The translations under genes were made by a program, and so were the position numbers. From the NCBI GenBank assembly GCA_028710915.1, contig JAQTTF010000002.1:1-49297 (forward strand): a stretch of 49,297 nucleotides of DNA, written 5' to 3'. The notes below the pieces were generated by a model. That model saw only the letters and a program-made list of their open reading frames with translations, searched no databases and was not told the origin of the DNA. This DNA is from Minisyncoccota bacterium. GTDB taxonomy: Bacteria; Patescibacteriota; Minisyncoccia; Phycocordibacterales; JAQTLZ01. Below, in pieces: positions 45,946 through 49,297 of this stretch (the stretch's first letter is position 1; every line of letters begins with the position of its first letter).

Positions 45946-47520
45946 ATGCTATCGCCAGTAATACAAAAGCTTGTAGATGACCTCAAGAACCAATCTTCTA
46001 AATCCGGCCCAACTCCGGGCTCGGAAGACGTTTTGATACGCGTAAATAAGCTTACAGGCAAGGCGGGCGCTTTCTACGAAAAAATCCGCTACTTTGTAGA
46101 TTACAAAGAAGAACATACGATTCGACGAAGCGCGATTGAAAGAATTATCAAGAGGAAGGTAATGCTCGAAATTGATAATAATGTTGGGCTGTCGCTTCTT
46201 GAGGAACTCGTGAGCGGGGGATATCTTCCAAATGATCGCATTGCAGAAGGGCTTGCAAAAGACGTGCAGAGAATTCTGAACCGTTTTCTTTTAGTGAAAA
46301 AACATATCGGTTCGAAGCTTCTCCAGAATTTGAAATTAAAGAGCCGGCTCATTAATCTTGCGGCAAGCGAAGTAGATCTTTTTCTTTTTCCTCGTCCTAA
46401 TAATGATCTTCTCGTGAATGCTTTCTATGGAAGCATAAAAAATTCAATAAAATATTCCGGGGAGCTTTCCAATATTCAGTTTGGCCGCCAGGTCTACGTC
46501 GCATGCCGAAGACTCCTTCTACAGGAAGATGACCCGACTATTTTCTATTCCCTTTGGCTCAAATCGGTGCCGACATGGGCTTCGATTTTAACTGAAGCTG
46601 ATCTCGCGAAGACTGGCGTAGATTTTTTCGTACTCATAAAAAACATTGTCCTCGAAATTGAAGATCCAATTCGTTTTCAGATCCAATCAAAACTTCGCAA
46701 TCAGGGGCTTTATTTTTCAGTGTTGAAAGAAATTGTCGACAAATATGGCGCCGAGAGTGAGCAAGTGCTTACCAATGAAGAACATCTCGACCAAAGCATT
46801 GCTTCAATTTTGGATAAGAAGTATCACAAAGAAAATGAACGAATTAAAAAAAGCGGGAAACGAGCAATTGTGTATGTGTTCTGTACCAAGCTTATTCTTG
46901 CTTTTATTATTGAATTGCCATATGAAATATTTTATCTTCATCTGGTGAATTATGTCGCATTTGTAATTAATATTCTCTTCCATCCTACTCTTTTGTTTGG
47001 AATGACTCGAAATATTAAAGCACTTGGTAAAAAAAATACCGAGAAAATAATTCAAGGCGTGCACGGAGTGCTTCATACCGGGGAGATGAAAAAAGTTTCA
47101 GTGAAGCCCTCAAATTCTGGTATTCTTCTCGATTTTACATTTTTTATTCTTTACGGAGTATTATTTTTGGTAAGTTTCGGATTTATTCTATGGGTGCTTC
47201 TTCTTCTCGGATTTAATGGCGTGAGCATCTTGCTATTCCTTATGTTTCTTACCTTTGTCAGTTATTTTGGTCTGCGCATCCGCTACACCGCGGAAAAATG
47301 GAGAATCCGGGACGAGGAGGAGGGAACTATCGCGCTTCTTTGGAATCTCTTTACGTTGCCGATCGTGCGAATGGGACGCTGGCTTTCTGTGAAGTTTGCT
47401 TCAATAAATGTGTTTGTGTTTGTAATGGATTTTCTGATTGAGGTGCCCTTTAAGCTTATTCTTGCGACTTCAGATGGATTCCTCTCCTTCTTGAAAGAAA
47501 AGCGAGACGAGACTTACTAA
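45946..47520 (+). CDS. hypothetical protein, soluble N-terminal half plus about 5 C-terminal TM helices
   Basis: No motif recognised; 524 aa. Confidence 0.55.
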   Translation: MLSPVIQKLVDDLKNQSSKSGPTPGSEDVLIRVNKLTGKAGAFYEKIRYFVDYKEEHTIRRSAIERIIKRKVMLEIDNNVGLSLLEELVSGGYLPNDRIAEGLAKDVQRILNRFLLVKKHIGSKLLQNLKLKSRLINLAASEVDLFLFPRPNNDLLVNAFYGSIKNSIKYSGELSNIQFGRQVYVACRRLLLQEDDPTIFYSLWLKSVPTWASILTEADLAKTGVDFFVLIKNIVLEIEDPIRFQIQSKLRNQGLYFSVLKEIVDKYGAESEQVLTNEEHLDQSIASILDKKYHKENERIKKSGKRAIVYVFCTKLILAFIIELPYEIFYLHLVNYVAFVINILFHPTLLFGMTRNIKALGKKNTEKIIQGVHGVLHTGEMKKVSVKPSNSGILLDFTFFILYGVLFLVSFGFILWVLLLLGFNGVSILLFLMFLTFVSYFGLRIRYTAEKWRIRDEEEGTIALLWNLFTLPIVRMGRWLSVKFASINVFVFVMDFLIEVPFKLILATSDGFLSFLKEKRDETY

Positions 47521-47545
47521 AAGGAATTAGATATACTATTTCTAT

Positions 47546-47743
47546 ATGGAACAAGAAATTTTGAAAAAGTTAGCGGAGCAAGACGCAAAGATTGATGCGA
47601 TCTACAAATCTGTCGAGAAGACTCGGAAATATATTTTGTGGACGGCAATCATTACAGTTGCTGTAATTGTCCTTCCTCTTATTGGGCTTGCATTTGCGCT
47701 CCCTGCGTATCTTAGCCAATTAAATTCGATAACGAATATATGA
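47546..47743 (+). CDS. small tail-anchored membrane protein (65 aa)
   Basis: ATG 8 nt after TATACT; one C-terminal TM. Confidence 0.55.
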   Translation: MEQEILKKLAEQDAKIDAIYKSVEKTRKYILWTAIITVAVIVLPLIGLAFALPAYLSQLNSITNI

Positions 47744-47804
47744 TTTTTGCCACACAAAAATCACGTCGAAAGATTTTTAGCTAATGCGTAAAAATTTCCG
47801 ACGC
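47741..47804 (-). repeat. 64-nt two-hairpin module, copy 1
   Basis: 61/64 identical to 48326-48389; hairpin A 47742-47762, hairpin B 47764-47803. Confidence 0.9.
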
Positions 47805-47805
47805 T

Positions 47806-47833
47806 AAAAATAATCCCGCCTTTTGGGGCGGGG
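47806..47833 (-). terminator. intrinsic terminator of the 130-aa gene
   Basis: minus strand ccccgcccc-aaaa-ggcggg followed by ATTATTTTT. Confidence 0.75.
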
Positions 47834-47837
47834 TATA

Positions 47838-48230
47838 TCAAGTTTTCCTTTCTTTGTAGAGTGCTACGATTTCCTTTTGTGTCAGTCCGCAGGCCTGATG
47901 CAGGAAAGAAAAAATATTTCCTGTAATCTGGTCTTGGCAGAATGTCTCAATAAGGATTTCGAAGAGCTCGTTTTTGTTCTGAATTATACTGTGGTACTGG
48001 TTTTGATTGGAGAATTGCAGTCCGCAAAGGGCATACGAATACATCTCGTCCAGAAGTTCTAGACTCTGTTCGATTTCTTCGCGTTGCCCTTGCTCGAGGT
48101 TTCTCTCGATCTCTTTCCTTATGTCCTCTGCTCGTATCCGATTTCGGATAGAGACAGCAGGATTTGCATCAACAAAAGACTCCAGTTCCCGAAGGAAGCT
48201 TGGAATCAAAACTGTTCTGTTTCTTTCCAC
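47838..48230 (-). CDS. orphan 130-aa protein carried by the repeat-flanked cassette
   Basis: GGAGG 48238-48242, 7 nt spacer, GTG 48230; promoter TTGATT-16-TAAAGT at 48291-48318; acidic helical protein, no motif recognised. Confidence 0.6.
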   Translation of the reverse strand: MERNRTVLIPSFLRELESFVDANPAVSIRNRIRAEDIRKEIERNLEQGQREEIEQSLELLDEMYSYALCGLQFSNQNQYHSIIQNKNELFEILIETFCQDQITGNIFSFLHQACGLTQKEIVALYKERKT

Positions 48231-48325
48231 GATTCCACCTCCTTCTAGAGTTTTTGTTTCGGTTTGCCCTGCGCCAAGTTTCCTTCCTCTACTTTACATT
48301 ACACAAGAGCAAAATCAAGCGTTTT

Positions 48326-48389
48326 TGATTTTCGCCACACGAAAATCACGTCGGAAGATTTTTAGCTAATGCGTAAAAATTTCCGACGC
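48326..48389 (-). repeat. 64-nt two-hairpin module, copy 2 (3 nt downstream of rnr stop; likely rnr terminator)
   Basis: hairpin B 48349-48388 (14 bp, bulged G) then UGAUUUU on minus strand; hairpin A 48327-48347. Confidence 0.9.
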
Positions 48390-48392
48390 AGA

Positions 48393-49297
48393 CTAGATGA
48401 GAGCAAAATCGAGAGTCTTTGCTTCGAGATCCGCTTTCATGACGCGGAATTTTACAGAATCACCAAGGCGATATTTTTTGCCTTTCTTTTCTCCGACAAG
48501 CGTGTAATTTTTCTGATCGAGTTTGTAGTAGTCGTCAGTAAGATCTCGGAGACGGATCATTCCTTCGCATCTGGTATCTTTTTCTTCGATATAAATGCCC
48601 CATTCGGTAACGCCGGAAATAATTCCGTCGAATACCTGCCCCACTTTATCCTGCATAAATTCCACTTGTTTGTATTTGATGCTTGCTCGTTCAGCCTCTG
48701 CAGCGGCGATCTCCCGCTCGGTATTTTTGGTTGCGAGTGTTTGATAGCGGGCAATTTCGCCTGACTGGATCGGCTCTTTGTTCAAATGTCGTGCAAGAAG
48801 TCGGTGCACCATAAGGTCAGCATATCGTCTAATTGGGGAAGTGAAGTGTGTGTAATATTTGAAAGCCAGGCCGAAGTGTCCGACATTTTGGGTTGAATAA
48901 ACTGCCTTTGCCATACTACGAATTGCTGCGGTTCTGATAAGCCCCGCCTCTGGTTTCCCCTCGATGGAAGTGAGGAGTTTTGTGAGATCTTTGGAAAGTA
49001 TTTCGCCATCTTTCTCTTCAAGTTCGTATCCGAGTGCTTTGATAAATATTGCGAGATCTTTGATTTTTTCTGCATTTGGCAAATCGTGAATACGATAAAT
49101 CATTGCAGCGTTAGTTTTTCCCTCTGCTTTGTATGCTTTGGAAATGAACTCTGCGCCGCCTCGGTTTGCGCGGAGCATATATTCTTCGACGAGTTTGTGG
49201 GTATCGAGCCGTTCTTTTTTATAGACGCGGATCGGCTTTCCAGAGTCATCGAGCTCAAATTTTACTTCTGTTTGTTCGAAGTCAATTGCTCCAGCAC
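48393..49297 (-). CDS. rnr: ribonuclease R, C-terminal part (5' end outside window)
   Basis: Frame open to window edge; HFGLAFKYYTHFTSPIRRYADLMVHR RNB motif and C-terminal S1 domain (GIISGVTEWGIYIE). Confidence 0.9.
   Translation of the reverse strand, partial: AGAIDFEQTEVKFELDDSGKPIRVYKKERLDTHKLVEEYMLRANRGGAEFISKAYKAEGKTNAAMIYRIHDLPNAEKIKDLAIFIKALGYELEEKDGEILSKDLTKLLTSIEGKPEAGLIRTAAIRSMAKAVYSTQNVGHFGLAFKYYTHFTSPIRRYADLMVHRLLARHLNKEPIQSGEIARYQTLATKNTEREIAAAEAERASIKYKQVEFMQDKVGQVFDGIISGVTEWGIYIEEKDTRCEGMIRLRDLTDDYYKLDQKNYTLVGEKKGKKYRLGDSVKFRVMKADLEAKTLDFALI

Noticed and set aside
47741-48389. Integron gene cassette with attC sites.
   Set aside because: The module has no GTTRRRY/RYYYAAC core sites (it contains no GTT at all). 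There are only two copies and no intI-like gene in the window. The analogy is kept only as a loose comparison.
1-49297. Alternative genetic code (UGA recoding as in some CPR lineages, or TAA read-through).
   Set aside because: TGA terminates conserved proteins at the expected ends (rpiB, pheS, the polytopic protein ending at 9021). TAA and TAG do the same elsewhere. All conserved genes translate full-length with the standard bacterial code.

Overview
This is a low-GC (roughly 40% by eye), tightly packed bacterial chromosome segment. It looks like a reduced Patescibacteria/CPR (Parcubacteria-like) genome; that placement is an inference from shortened housekeeping proteins and gene content, not a database hit.

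Content:
- Translation and replication housekeeping: gatB, rplY, rpmE, prfA, rpsB, tsf, tRNA-Thr, pheS/pheT, gyrB, dnaE, rnhB, rpmF, nusB, rnc, smc, rnr.
- A glycolysis/pentose-phosphate block: gap, rpiB, rpe-like, split transketolase, PfkB kinase, class II fba.
- Envelope and glycosylation genes: GT39 with a Dpm1-like GT2, a processive GT2, polytopic proteins, a lytic transglycosylase, a PEGA protein, a CapA-family protein.
- A surface module: CARDB protein, sortase, PKD-like repeat protein.

I see no CRISPR array, rRNA, transposase, integrase, phage gene or known defence system.

Observations that ordinary annotation does not explain:
1. A 585-bp one-gene cassette is bracketed by 64-nt two-hairpin direct repeats that show a compensatory base-pair change. 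A third hairpin with the same apex abuts tRNA-Thr.
2. A markedly GC-richer, self-contained large-type purL sits between 11-nt direct repeats.
3. Five small GC-richer orphan ORFs have GGAGG or SD-like ribosome-binding sites and their own terminators (four also have a recognisable own promoter). They are scattered among native genes that are mostly leaderless, with the -10 hexamer 5-9 nt before the ATG.
4. An approximately 320-nt GC-rich unit of ambiguous coding status lies next to a DnaA-box cluster upstream of gyrB.
5. There is a NusB-Nudix fusion, a hinge-less 755-aa SMC, and a sortase-type VPYTG signal buried 85 aa from the C-terminus of a surface protein.

All homology calls are from motif recognition by eye. 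No searches were run.
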